The translations under genes and the position numbers were made by a program. Shown piece after piece: positions 43,671 to 55,233 of a DNA stretch of 64,000 nucleotides; position 1 is the stretch's first letter; each line of letters starts with the position of its first letter. The notes under the pieces are model-generated. The model was not told the DNA's origin, did no database searches, and was given only the letters and a program-made list of their open reading frames with translations. Origin of the DNA: Rebecca billardiae RCC1528 (lineage: Eukaryota > Protista > Haptophyta); contig OZ251229.1 in the NCBI GenBank assembly GCA_965240325.2, positions 1,426,001 to 1,490,000 on the forward strand. The letters run 5' to 3'.

Positions 43671-46600
43671 CTACCAGTCGTCCCCGCTACCGAAGTAGTC
43701 GTCGGGCAGCTCGTCGCGTAGGACGCGCATCGGCAGGTAGTGCGTCTCCGTCCGGTCCACGTGCGCGTCCTGCGCGCCGAATCAGCCGCGAAGGCCGGGC
43801 GGGCGTGGGCGCGTGCGATCGTCAGCGGTGCGTGCGCTCTCCCGGCGCGCGGGGTGCGTGAGACGCTACGCTGCGAGGGCGGGCTGGCCGCCAGTCCGTC
43901 GCTGCGCACCTTGCATGCCTCGTTGAACTCGTCGAACTTCGCCATGAGGTCGGCGAGCTGCTTGAACGCGCTGATGGCGTAGCACAGCGTCGGGTTCCGC
44001 TCGTGCGCAGCAATGCCCGGCGCCAAGTCCGTGCGCGCGCCGTGCGCATCTGCCGCCTCCGTCGAGTTGCCCCGGCCCGGCGGTGGCGGCGAGACGGCGC
44101 GCGTGGCCGCCGCGCGCGCCGAGGAGGCCGGCGCCGGCGCGCCGCCACGCGCGATGCGAGCACCCAGATCCTGCGCGGATCTGCGCTGGATCTCAATGTG
44201 CTGCTGCTGGACCTGCGCACCGCGCCGCACGGCCGCGGGGCGTCCGCGCGGTCGGTCGGACGAGTCGGCTCAGCGGGCGCAGAGCAGCGCGCCAGGAGCG
44301 GCCGGGCAGGGAAGCGGGTGCGAGCTGGCGGCCGGGGCGCGGGGCGCGCACGCGCGGCGCGGCCCCCGCCACGCGCGCACCTGCTCGATCCTTCGCGCGT
44401 ACAGCGAGGCGAGCATGAGCGGCACCACGCCCGCGCCGTTGGGCGGGAAGAAGCCGATTGTGTGCTGCCCTCGCTTCACCACCTGCTCGCACGGGGCGGG
44501 CACAGGCGCGGAGCGAGGGCGCGGCGGGGGGCGCGGGCGGGGCGGAGGCGGCGGGTGAGGGCGGGATGGCGAGGGGTCGCCGCTCACGCCGCAGGCCCGC
44601 CCTTGCTCGGGGCGCGGGAGGCGCTCCACGGGGCGCGCTGCCCGCCCACCCGCCGGACGGCGACCCCGCCCCCACCCGCGCGAGCGCGCCGGCCGGCGCG
44701 GGCGGCATGCGCCGCGCACGTGCGGTGGCCGTGCGCACCTTGAAGACGACGAGGTGGAGGAACACGGAGCGCACGTGGTGGCACCAGTGCAGCAGCAGCC
44801 GCTCGAACTGGCCCTCGCCGGACAGCCACATCAGCAGCGTCGAGCGCGCCTCCTCGGAAAACATGTGCAAGTGGTTGTGCAGGAAGATCAGAGTCCTGCA
44901 CGCGCGCGCCAACCCCGGGCGGCGCGCGGGCGGGGGCGGCCGCGGCGGATCAGCGAGCTGTCGGGCGGCCGGCGCGAGCGCGAGCGCGCGCTCTCGCGCT
45001 CGCGCATCGAGAGGGCGGGCGCCGGGGCGGCGGCGGCGGCGCGCGCGCACCAGGTGAGGATCTTAAAGTGGTCGACCGAGAGCAGCGTCTTGAAGCGGCG
45101 CAGCAGCAGCTCGTGGTCAAACGACGAGGGCAGCGGCGCGCCTCGCTCCTGCAGCGAGAAGAGCCACAGGGAGAGATGGTCGAGCCCGGCCGCGACGGAC
45201 GGCGGCCGGTGCGCGTTGAGCTTGCGCAGCGTGATGGCGAGGAAGGGCTGGATGAGCCGCTCGTTCGCGAGCATCGCGAGCGCGCACTGCTGCATCGACT
45301 CTGGCCAGTGCGTCACGTTGCGCCGCCGCATCTCGAGCAGCAGCGCGCGCATCAGCCGGTCATACCCCGGGATCAGATCCCACGGGATCGGCGCGTCTGG
45401 AGATCCCATCGAGCGCACGAGCGACACCCACTGCGAGACGAAGGTGAAGAAGCAGTGCCCGCGCTTCGAGATGCGCTGCCGCCAGTACCCGTCCGCCTCG
45501 AGCCACGCCTCGCGCTGCTGCCGCTGCGTCGCCTGCTGCGGCAGCTCGGCGATGGAGTCCCAGAGCTTGCACCAGTAGTCGGCGCCGCCCCACTCGACCG
45601 GAGCAAAGCCGCCGCTGCCGGTCGACGAGCGCGAGTTGTAGCCCGGCGGGGGCGAGGGGCACTCCGAGCCCCAGTCGTCGGCGGGCCAGCTGCCGCCGAG
45701 GCCGCCGCCGAGCATGAACGCCGCGAAGGACTGCTGCTGCTGCATCTGCTGCTGCAGCTGCTGCCGCTGCTGCTGCTCGGGCGTGCGCACCGCGTGCGGC
45801 GGAGGCGCGCCGAGGGCAGGCGGCACCTCGACGCGCACCGCTGCGGGGCGCTGGCGCTCGAACGCGCCGGCCCACGCGACGGCGGTGCTCAGCGGCGCCT
45901 CCGCGCCGCCTCCATCGCCGCCGCCGCCCTCCTTACCCTCCGCCGCCTCCGCGGGCCGCGAGGGCATCAGGTGTACAGGCGGGTGCATCGGCGCGGTCGC
46001 GGACGGCGGCGGCACGGGCGAAGGCGGCGCGGCGCTGCTGCTGTCGGGGCTCTCGCCGCGCGCGGCGGCGGCGGCGCCGCCCGTCGGCGGCGTCGCCGCC
46101 GCGCCCGCGCCGCGCCCGGGCCCGAGCAGCGACTGCGGCGGCGTGGGCGGCGGCGTGGGCGGCGGCGACGCTGAGTGCGACGAGCGCTGCGCTGAGCCGC
46201 CGCCGCCGCCGCCGCCGCTGCTGCCGCTGCCCGTGGAGAGGCGCAGCCGGTCGCACGCGACGCCGGGGAGCGAGGTGAGCCCCGAGATGCTCTCCTCGAG
46301 CCCCGGCGCCGCCGCCATCTCGCGCTCGGGCAGCAGCGCGCCCAGCAGCATCTCGCGGAACTCGGGCAGCCTGAAGTAGGCGACGGCGAGCACCTGCGCG
46401 CAGAAGAGGCGCACCTCGTTCGAGACGGCGCGCCTGTTGAGCTTGACGATCACGTAGTGCACCGTGTCGAGCAGGACGCGGCGGTACCACGTGACGAACT
46501 CGGCGTACGAGGTCGAGTGCCCGTTCGTGTTCCCGCAGTCCACGCAGCCGCCCACGCTCAGCTCGCCGCGCGTCATCAGCTGGTAGATGACCGCAAAGTG

Positions 46601-47865
46601 CAGCTGCTGCGTCGCAAACGGCACCGCGTCCACGTGCTGCAGCAGGTACGACCAGAGCTTGAGGAAGAGCTGCTGCGTCCAGAGCAGCGTGCCCTGGTCG
46701 CGGTAGACGAACGAGGTGGTCGACTGCTTGTGCGACTTGCCCAGCAGCTGCGAGATCCGCGTGAGGAAGATCGCCACCTTGCGCAGCATCGACGAGCCCG
46801 CGCCGTCCGCGCCGTCGTGCAGCGTCTCGCTCAGCGCGCCCGCCGAGGAGGAGCGGCCGGCGTGCAGCAGCCGCGCGCCGGAGCCGGTGCGGCGGAGGCG
46901 CGCGGAGCCGGCGGGCGCGCTGTTCGAGCTCAGCCGGTCGGGCACCGACGCGATGCGCAGCATGCGCCGCGGCAGCGGCGCGCTGCCCGGGCCCGCGCCG
47001 CGGCCGGCGGCGGCGGCGCCGCCCACGCTCGCGGCGGCCGCGGCCGCGGCCGCGGCCGGCGAGACGGCTCGCCTCTCGGACGAGCCGGCGCACGGGTTGG
47101 CGGCGCGCGCGCCGTCGGGCAGCACCGAGCCGTCCGCGCCCGGCACGGGCTCGGGCATGTGCGCCTCCACCTCGTGCGCCATCGCCGCCGCGACCACCGC
47201 GGCCGCGCTGAGCGAGTGCGCGGCGCCAGCGCCCGCGCCGCCGCCCCCGCGTGTGCGTGAGAGGCGCGTGCCGTCGATCGAGCTGTTGAGGCGCGCGGCG
47301 TGCGGGATGGCGGCGTCGAACTTGCTCGCCGTCGCCGCGTCCATGTGCGCCTTCATCAGCGCCTGCACGAGCATGTGCAGCTGCCGCGCCTCGGGCGGCA
47401 GCTGCAGGTCCTCTGCAGGCGCGCGCGCGGAGCCGACCGGCTGGCTGGGCAGCCGCGGCAGCGAGGACACGCAGTGCGCGTGCACGACGGGCGGCTCGAA
47501 GCCCGTGCCGCTGCCGGGCGTGGGCACGGGCACGTCCTCCGCCGAGAGCACCATCGGCGACGCGGGCATCACGCCGCGCTCCGTGTAGAAGCCGTGCTCG
47601 AGCTGCATGAGCTGCGGCCCGTTCCGGATGCGCACGACGCCGCGCACGACGCCGGTGCGCTGGCCGAGCGTCCACAGCGGCTCGTCGAACGCGGCGGAGG
47701 AGACCTGCGTGTGCAGGCCGACGGCGGGCGTGTACACCTTCGCGAACGCGAGCCAGCACTCGCCCAGCATCACCGGGTTGTGCACGACGCCGCCAGCGCC
47801 CTCGTCGCCACCGGCAGCGCCGCCGCCGCCACCGCCGCCCCCGCTGCCGCCGCCACTGCCGCCGC

Positions 47866-47896
<31 letters not shown>

Positions 47897-49041
47897 GCCC
47901 CGGCGGTGGATGTCGCGCACGCACCACACGCGGATGTGCAGCGAGTCCGCCGCGAAGTTGGACGACGTCGTCGAGAGGCACACCTCGCCCTCCGCTCCCT
48001 CGTCAAACTCGCCCGCCTCGAGGGCGGGCCGTCCCGTGTCCGAGCGGCGCCGCCGCATCTCGCGGTGGAACTCGGCGGGCTCCACCTTGGCGTGGAGCTG
48101 CTCCTCGCGCGAGCACTCCGTCTGCGTCGTGTGCACCTCCGCCGACGTGTAAAACTTGCCGTGCAGCCCGACCGCCTGCGCGGGCGGCGCAGCGGCAGGC
48201 ACGCGGGTGCGCGCACGGCGCGCCACCGAGCGCGCGGTGTCAGACGCGCGGCGCCGCGCGCGGCGAGGGCACGCGCGGGCTACACGGGCGCGCGGCATCG
48301 CCGCCACATGCACGAGCGCCGCACACCGCGCGGCCTGCTGCGCCGCCCGCGCAGCCCACCCGCCGCCCGCGGCGCGCGCGCAGCACGCACCCGCGAGAGC
48401 TGCACTGTCACAGAGGGCATGCTCACGCCGAGCGAGCAGAGCTGCTGCATGCGGATGTTGAGCGAGACGCGCCCGGCCGGCCGGCCGTAGCCGTCCGAGA
48501 GCGGCAGGTCGAAGAGCATCGGCGCCGTCGCGATCTCGTACAGCGTCAGCCGCACCGAGCCGATCGGCTCGTCGCCAAGAATCGGCGAGCGGTGGAAGAC
48601 CTGCACGACGAGCGACTGCTCGCGCAGGGCCTCGGCGGACGCCTTGTACAAGAAGACGCGCTCAAAGTCCCAGCGCGGGTTGCGCGTGCGCGGGCGCAGG
48701 TCCGTTTGGAACGCGATCATCGGCGTCCCGTCCGTGTGCGTCGCCGACGCGGCCGCGGCGCGCGATGCGGCCGCAGGTCCCCTGTAGCCCCAGAGGCAGC
48801 GCGCGAAGGCGTCGGTCGAGCCGAGCAGCCCCTTGGCGGGGAGCGAGCGCGCCTTGACCACGCGGAGCCACACGTCGAAGCGGAGCGGGCGCAGGGCCTC
48901 GCTGCTGTGGAAGCCCATGGGATGGAGCAGCGGAGCGTGCTGCGCGCTCACAGGGCCGGCGCCGCCGCTGCTGACGCTGCCGCCATCCAGCGGCTTGTGC
49001 GCGCCAGACGGCTCAGTCGGCGCGCTCGAGTTGACGCACAT
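43671..49041 (-). CDS. C2-domain protein with DUF1765-like helical C-terminal region; multiple introns, start uncertain
   Basis: C2 (LRVVKARSLPAKGLLGSTDAF..RTRNPRW..LVVQVFHR..DEPIGSV) and a second C2-like segment. C-terminal LAVAYFRLPEFR, IPWDLIPGY, FERLLLHWCHHVRSVFLHLVVFK. GTGCGC..CAG introns. Confidence 0.72.
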
Positions 49042-50584
49042 GGGCCTCACCCCGACCTTCGGCCCACCAGCCGCCTCCGGGCAGGCAGGCCGCGTCCCGA
49101 CGGCTGCGCACGAGCTCTGCGTGATGCACGCCGCCCTTGTCGCAAAGGGTCTTGTCGTCGCCAAGCACGGCTCTTTGTGACCAAGGCCTACCCTACTTGC
49201 TTGGTTCCCGTGTAAGACCGGCAAGGGCCGTCTCAGGTTCCAAGATGCGAACTGCAGCCCGCTCGCTTCCGCGTGGTCCGCCGCTCGCGCAGAGGGCTGC
49301 GGCTGGAACGGGGCACCTTTGACATCGGTGCGGATGATGAGTACAAGCCACATGGCACGACAACAGCCAATGAGCGCGGGCCGAGCGAAGCCTCGAGGAG
49401 GCCCAGGCAGAGGGCCGGGGGCGAGATCCTCAATGTGGGTGTCCGCGGGTGCGCTCATTCTATAAATCATCTCATCTATCTACCGTCCAAGTTGATGTCG
49501 CTTCAGTTCCGCCGCGGTGTTCAGAACCTAGGGACCACGTGATTACGCCAGAATATTTGTATGGGACGGTCATATATATAATCAATGTGGTTATGGCGGA
49601 TACCGTGTGGCCGAATAATGTTTGTGATGGTTGCAAGTATATTTGCAAAGAGGGGACACCAGGAATCCCACCAAGTTGATGAGGTGGCTGCTGTAGGGCC
49701 CACCCGTGAACCAGTGCTCACCTTATGAAGACGGTTCAGCAATCAGCGACGATCAACACTATGATGATGAATATGCTGCTCATTTTACCCATCAGTGCCC
49801 ATCACATTGATGGCACCTGCACTCTGCACTCAATCTAAATACCGTGATACAATCTGCCCGATTACCCTATGGGTCTGGTGCAATCATAATTGCCTAATTG
49901 GCATAGTTGGTTCCGGAACTGAATATGAAAGTATATTCAAAAGCCGCATCAGCATGCCGCCGCTGCCAACCAGTCCACTGGGAAGAGCGGCGAACGCGCA
50001 CGCGGCCGACAAGAGCGCACGGGGACGGCTGGGCCAGCTGCTACCAGTGCCGGCAGTGGCTGGGCCTGCCATCTGACATCCGGTCCTGCACCCTCGCCCT
50101 CAACTCACTCTCATCACTGGGTCACAGCGGCTGCTGGAGCGGCGCACCAGGCGCGGCTGCCGCTCAGTACTGCCACGGTGCCAGACTGCAGCCGAGCACT
50201 AGTGAGCACTACTGCAGATCGCGCCGTACCCCCTAGCTGCTACTACGGTGCCGTAAGCGGTCGCATTCGTAAATGCTTGGATTAGCTCTGCGGAGCTCAG
50301 CCAAGTCCGCGCTCGGCGATGCTCCGAGTAACGGCTCGCAGTGACTGTTTACAGATGATGGAGTATCCGGCCAGCGTGCAGTCTCAGTGAGTGCTCGGAG
50401 CGTTGAGTGTGGGCTGCCAGAGAGTGCAGTCCCGAGTCCGCCTGGATCGACCCCGCCGAGACGACGGCGCTCCATCCGTGAGCGCGGCCACCGATCACAG
50501 ATGTCAATGCGTCGCAACCAACGGGCGCGCGCTGAAACCGATCACTCCGGGGCCAACCTTCCGAGGCAAGGCTGGCGGCGTGTG

Positions 50585-51100
50585 TGACGCGTCACGACGT
50601 GACGTCACGTCATGACGTCATGACGTGACGCGAAGAATGGCGTAACGTGACGCCCGGACAGCGCTCTGCCCACGCCTGGCACACCCGGACTCACAGTAGC
50701 CGCTACAGGCGGCTGCGTGCGCGCGCGCGCGCGCGCGCCGCGTCGGCGCCGCGGTGCCGGGCGGCGGTGCAGCCCTGCCCCCAACACCAGCTCGTGGATC
50801 CTCCAGCTCCACGGCCACATGGGTGCGGGAGCGGGAGCCCTCGCCTTTGGGCGACGAGCCCACCTCCTCTGTGCGGTCCGGCCAGCCGGTGACCCGCGGC
50901 GCACTCCCCTACGGGAAGCAGGGATTAGGGAACCCCGAAATGTCAACCCATTATAGCTAATGACACCAATTGCAAGAATACATGCGCACGTAACGGACGA
51001 AACGGTCCCCGCCAAAAGACGTGTTGCTATGACGCGTAAATTACGCGTAAAACGCATGACGTCATGACGTGACGCTAGAAATGGGCGTCATGACGCGTCA
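50585..51100. mobile_element. Putative MITE with TGACG-rich palindromic ends
   Basis: TGACGCGTCACGACG (50585) versus CGTCATGACGCGTCA (51086-51100), 14/15 inverted match. Clustered TGACGTCA/CATGACG at both ends; no clear TSD. Confidence 0.5.
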
Positions 51101-52300
51101 TAGCCCAGGCCTGCTTCCGAGACTCTGACACTGAGCCTCGGACTCTGGTTGACCGTGGCCCGTGCAGTTGTCCGGGCCCGACTGCGGGCCGCGGACCGTT
51201 CCGGTTCCGTGCAGCCGCGCCCTCGATGACAATGGCTGTGAGCTTGTCCGTGCGGGTAGATGAGCGTGCACAATCGATCAGCTCGTACTGCATCAGTGCC
51301 AGAATACTCTGACAACAGGCTTTCCGGCTTCCGGGCGGCTCACTCTGTCAGCTCTGCAACCGCGCGTGAGTCACAGACACAGGGCGGCTGCTGTGCCGCG
51401 GCTCGGACGCGCCGGACACAGGCGCCGAGTGCCTCCAGAGTCCAGGCCGCCCGTCTTAGGCAGTTCAGAGTTCTGCCGCGGCGGCCGGACGGACTCGGGG
51501 CTGACGGAGCCGCGGATGATTGCCATGCGGCCGACATCTTGAGCAGTGATTGATGTCGCCGTGACCTCATCAGCATTATTGTGCCGCCCGTTCATATACG
51601 ACGTCCGCGCCGTGCCCGTGATTATTCCGTGTCGTAGTCCGACCATCAGCCGCAGGGCTTGGCAGTCCGTTCATCGTCCGCGCCGGCGCGGTAGTCAGGG
51701 CAGCGGCCGCCAATCATCCATGGTCGCAGCAATAATAATTCGTCATCATTTTGAGCGCGCAACGAAATCGCGCGAAACTTGTCTGTGCCCGCCCGGCCCC
51801 AGCTAGTACCCTGCCGGGCCCGGCGCTGGCACGGGCCGCACCAGCCGATGGCATATGCAGTATATAGCGCTATAGCCTGTATTGGCATCTCAGCGCTATA
51901 GGGCCTAGGCGCGGGCGCCACCCTGCCCACCCTCGCGGCCCAGGTGAGGCTAGCAAGTGGAGTGCTGCGCCCATGATGGAGCCGCGGCGCGGCCTCGCCT
52001 GCCCGCCACGGATGCGACTCGGCCGCGCTGACCGACGAGCCGTCCGCGCAGTGGCTCGGCCGTGCCCTGCGGCACACGCGCGGCGCGTGGTCAGAACGGA
52101 TCGCGCGGCGAGCGTGACGCTGGTCAGACGGCGAGAGTAAATCGCACGCGCTGCCACGTCACACGTACCAACACGTCGTCGTCGTCGTCATCCGTGCAGC
52201 GTGCTCCAGGAGCGTCGCGCCGCTGTCCTCCCCGGCGCCGCTGAGCCCGGCCGCCGGGCCGGCCCGTGCGCGCTCCGGCGCTGGCCGCCGCGCGACCCGG

Positions 52301-54175
52301 TCACGGCGCCTCGCCGAGCGCGCGCAGCCGCGCCTCGAGCGCCGGCGCGTCGAGCAGCGGCGTGAGCGCGCGCACGTGCTCGCGCTCCCACCACACGCCC
52401 GTGCGCAGCGGCTGCGCGCCGAAGGTGTACCGGTACAGGTCGGCGACGATGCGCGTGGGCGGCGCGTCCGCTCCGCCCGCGTCGGCGGCCGCTCCGTCCG
52501 CACCGACGAACGGGTCGCCGCCGCGCCGCGCCAGCCGCGCGCGCACGCGCGCGTCGCCCTGCAGCAGCCTCAGCATCAGCCGCAGCAGCCACGGATGAGC
52601 GTCCGCGCGCGGCCGCAGGGGCACAAACCACATCTGCCAGTCGAGCCGGCAGTGGTACGGCGTGTAAACGGGCGGCGCGCGTCGTACCGGCCCCGGCTTC
52701 GCGGCGAAGACGTACTCGCGCCACTCCGTCGCCTCCCCCTGGTACGCGCGCGTCGCCGAGATCACAATCTCGAGCCGCTCGTCCGAGAGCGAGCCAAACG
52801 CGCCGTACGCGTTGCTCAGCCGGTACCGGTTGAAGCACGCGTTCATCTTCTGCCGCGAGGAGAGCAGGTTGCGGGCGGAGGGGAGCGAGAGGTAGGCGAG
52901 GGCCGCGCCGAGAGCGCCGTCCACCGCCGCGCGCACCGGCGTGTCGCGCAGCCGTGAGAGCCCCGCGAGCGCCGCGTGCCGAGCGCCGCCCGCGCCGGCG
53001 GCGCGGGTCGCGACGGCGGCGCCGCCGAGCACGGGCAGGTGCGCGATCGACCAGAAGTGGGGGCAGATCGTGAGCCAGTTGAGGAAGGCGAGGTTGCCGC
53101 AGAGGATGAGCACGCCCTGGAAGCCGATCTGCAGCCAGCCGTTCCACGCGCGCGCCGCCTCGAAGCCCCAGCGCCGGCCCGGCAGCAGCAGCAGCAGCGG
53201 CGCCGCGCTCTCCACCGCATGCGTGAACGCGGTCTCGGCGCGGTGCCACGCGCGCGGGAGCCAGCGGTGCATGACGGAGGCGAGCGGCGTTGGCAGCGGC
53301 TGCGTCTCGTAGAAGGTGTCCATCGCCGAGAGGTCTCGCCACTTGCGCTCGCCGGAGCGCCACTTGATCAGCCCGGCGCCCAGCATGATGCGCACGCACA
53401 GCCACCTGAAGGCCCACGCGCTCACAGCCGCCGGCGGCGCGCCCGGCGCGCCCAGGCTGGCAAAGGCGCAGAGCGCGCACGTCTCGAGCAGCTGCGACTC
53501 CCAGCCGTACCGGTAGAAGGGCGAGAGCACCGCCGCGTTCACGATCGACGCGTAAGCGCACCATAGCAGCGCGCACAGCAGCGCGCTGCCCCAGCCCAAG
53601 CTCGCGCCCACAGCCGCGAGCGCGGTGCCGGCCGCAGCTCCGATGACGGCGAGCACGTCGAGCGTGCGCCCGACGGTGTCGTCCTCGGCGGCATCGCCGT
53701 GGCCGCCCGCCCGCTGATCGCGCAACGCGCGCGCGAGCGGCCACCACGCGAGCGTGAGCCGACCCCGGCACGCGCGCCACGGCGAGAAGTCGTAAGCGTC
53801 AGCGAGCTCGCGCTCGAGCAGGGGCTGGATCGGGGCGAGGCCGCGCGCGCCGATGAGCGCGCGATTTTGGCGGCGGGCGCCGACGCACGCGACGGTGGCG
53901 ACAAACCCGAGCGCGCGCGTGCACAGGTCGCGCGCGCCCGCGAGCTCGGGCACCGGGGCTGCGAGCGCCGCGGCTGCGCCGCCCACCGCCGCCGCCGCTG
54001 CGCCGAGCGACGCGCGCGGAGCCGCGCGAGAAGCGACCCGCCGCCGCGGCACTCGTGCGAGGCGAAGCGTGCCCCGTGCACACCCGACGTGCGGCAAGCT
54101 CGCCGCCGTGGTGCGCGTGGCGATGGCGGCGCTGAGTACCACAAGCGCCGCAGCGCGCGCCGCCGAGAGCGCCAT
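52301..54175 (-). CDS. Lipase maturation factor (LMF1/LMF2 family)
   Basis: QNRALIGARGLAP, FYRYGWESQLLE, FRWLCVRIMLGAGLIKWR, FYETQPLPTP, GNLAFLNWLT, NAYGAFG, PYHCRLDWQMWF. Confidence 0.93.
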   Translation of the reverse strand: MALSAARAAALVVLSAAIATRTTAASLPHVGCARGTLRLARVPRRRVASRAAPRASLGAAAAAVGGAAAALAAPVPELAGARDLCTRALGFVATVACVGARRQNRALIGARGLAPIQPLLERELADAYDFSPWRACRGRLTLAWWPLARALRDQRAGGHGDAAEDDTVGRTLDVLAVIGAAAGTALAAVGASLGWGSALLCALLWCAYASIVNAAVLSPFYRYGWESQLLETCALCAFASLGAPGAPPAAVSAWAFRWLCVRIMLGAGLIKWRSGERKWRDLSAMDTFYETQPLPTPLASVMHRWLPRAWHRAETAFTHAVESAAPLLLLLPGRRWGFEAARAWNGWLQIGFQGVLILCGNLAFLNWLTICPHFWSIAHLPVLGGAAVATRAAGAGGARHAALAGLSRLRDTPVRAAVDGALGAALAYLSLPSARNLLSSRQKMNACFNRYRLSNAYGAFGSLSDERLEIVISATRAYQGEATEWREYVFAAKPGPVRRAPPVYTPYHCRLDWQMWFVPLRPRADAHPWLLRLMLRLLQGDARVRARLARRGGDPFVGADGAAADAGGADAPPTRIVADLYRYTFGAQPLRTGVWWEREHVRALTPLLDAPALEARLRALGEAP

Positions 54176-54360
54176 CGCGATGACTGCGTCTGCCCTTCGC
54201 CGTCGGCGGTCGACGCCTGCTGAAAAGTTCGTTGCGCCTACTGCGCAGGTTTCCAGGGTTGGGCGGTTGGCCGTTTCTTTCTCCGCGTCCTGCGCCTTGC
54301 TCGCCGTCTCCCGTTGGACAAGCAGCTTCCGCGGGCGGCGCTAGCCCCCAGCCGCAGGCG

Positions 54361-54795
54361 ATGTCGAAGCACGCGAGCGTGCTTACGCCCACGCCAAGAC
54401 ACGGCGTGGTGGGCTCTCGAGCGCGCGAGTCGAGCCCGCTCGTTGCCGCACCGATCACGTGGAAGCGATGGGACGTCCGCTCGACCATCCCACGCCCACG
54501 CTCGGCGGTAGCTGAGCCTCGCGCAGAGTGGCGCACCGCGCACAAGATGAAAGCACAAAGCGCGCTACCAGGCGGACGCTCCGTGGCAGTGAAGGGCTGG
54601 GCCCTGCAGACAAGTGCGTACGACATGAACAAGAGCACTACACGCTCGCGGTCAGAGAGGCCCACCGACGATGAACGGCGACGACTCGCTGTGCAGCAAG
54701 GTCGAATGCCTGATGGCAAAACACTTGCGGCCCTAGGGCGTACGGCCAGCTGCCGGCCAGACGACATCCCAACGAAGGTGCAGGCAGCGTGCTAA
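54361..54795 (+). CDS. Hypothetical small basic protein
   Basis: ATG-initiated ORF 185 bp from the LMF start, fitting the head-to-head pattern; no recognised domain. Confidence 0.35.
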   Translation: MSKHASVLTPTPRHGVVGSRARESSPLVAAPITWKRWDVRSTIPRPRSAVAEPRAEWRTAHKMKAQSALPGGRSVAVKGWALQTSAYDMNKSTTRSRSERPTDDERRRLAVQQGRMPDGKTLAALGRTASCRPDDIPTKVQAAC

Positions 54796-55233
54796 GTGCG
54801 TTCGCATCATGCATTCATGCTAAGCGTATGGCTAGCCGTGACGTCCGACGGCACGATCGATTCTACTGATGGGATGAGCGAAACGGCTGAGAGTGAGCCC
54901 GCTACCGTCGGACCGCGTTTAATGATTAATCGCCAGTGTCAGCTAAGTTATAAGTGTAAAATAATGTAATAGCAGTATCAGTAGCTAGCCGAGTGTAAAA
55001 TAATGTGAATACTATAAATAGTGCCAAGTTACTCAATTAGGTGGTGCAGCGACCGCGGTGAGTAATCCGACTCGGTGGTGACAGTAATTCAGGCGGGCGT
55101 CGGCACCGCTCATCTCGCCGCCTGCCTCGGAGCTGCCTGGCCTGTGCGTCGTCTCTAGTATTCTAGTAGTTGGTAGTAGTAACGCGCAGTAAACAGCAGT
55201 GAATACGGTTAGTGATGGCAGGAAAACTATAGT

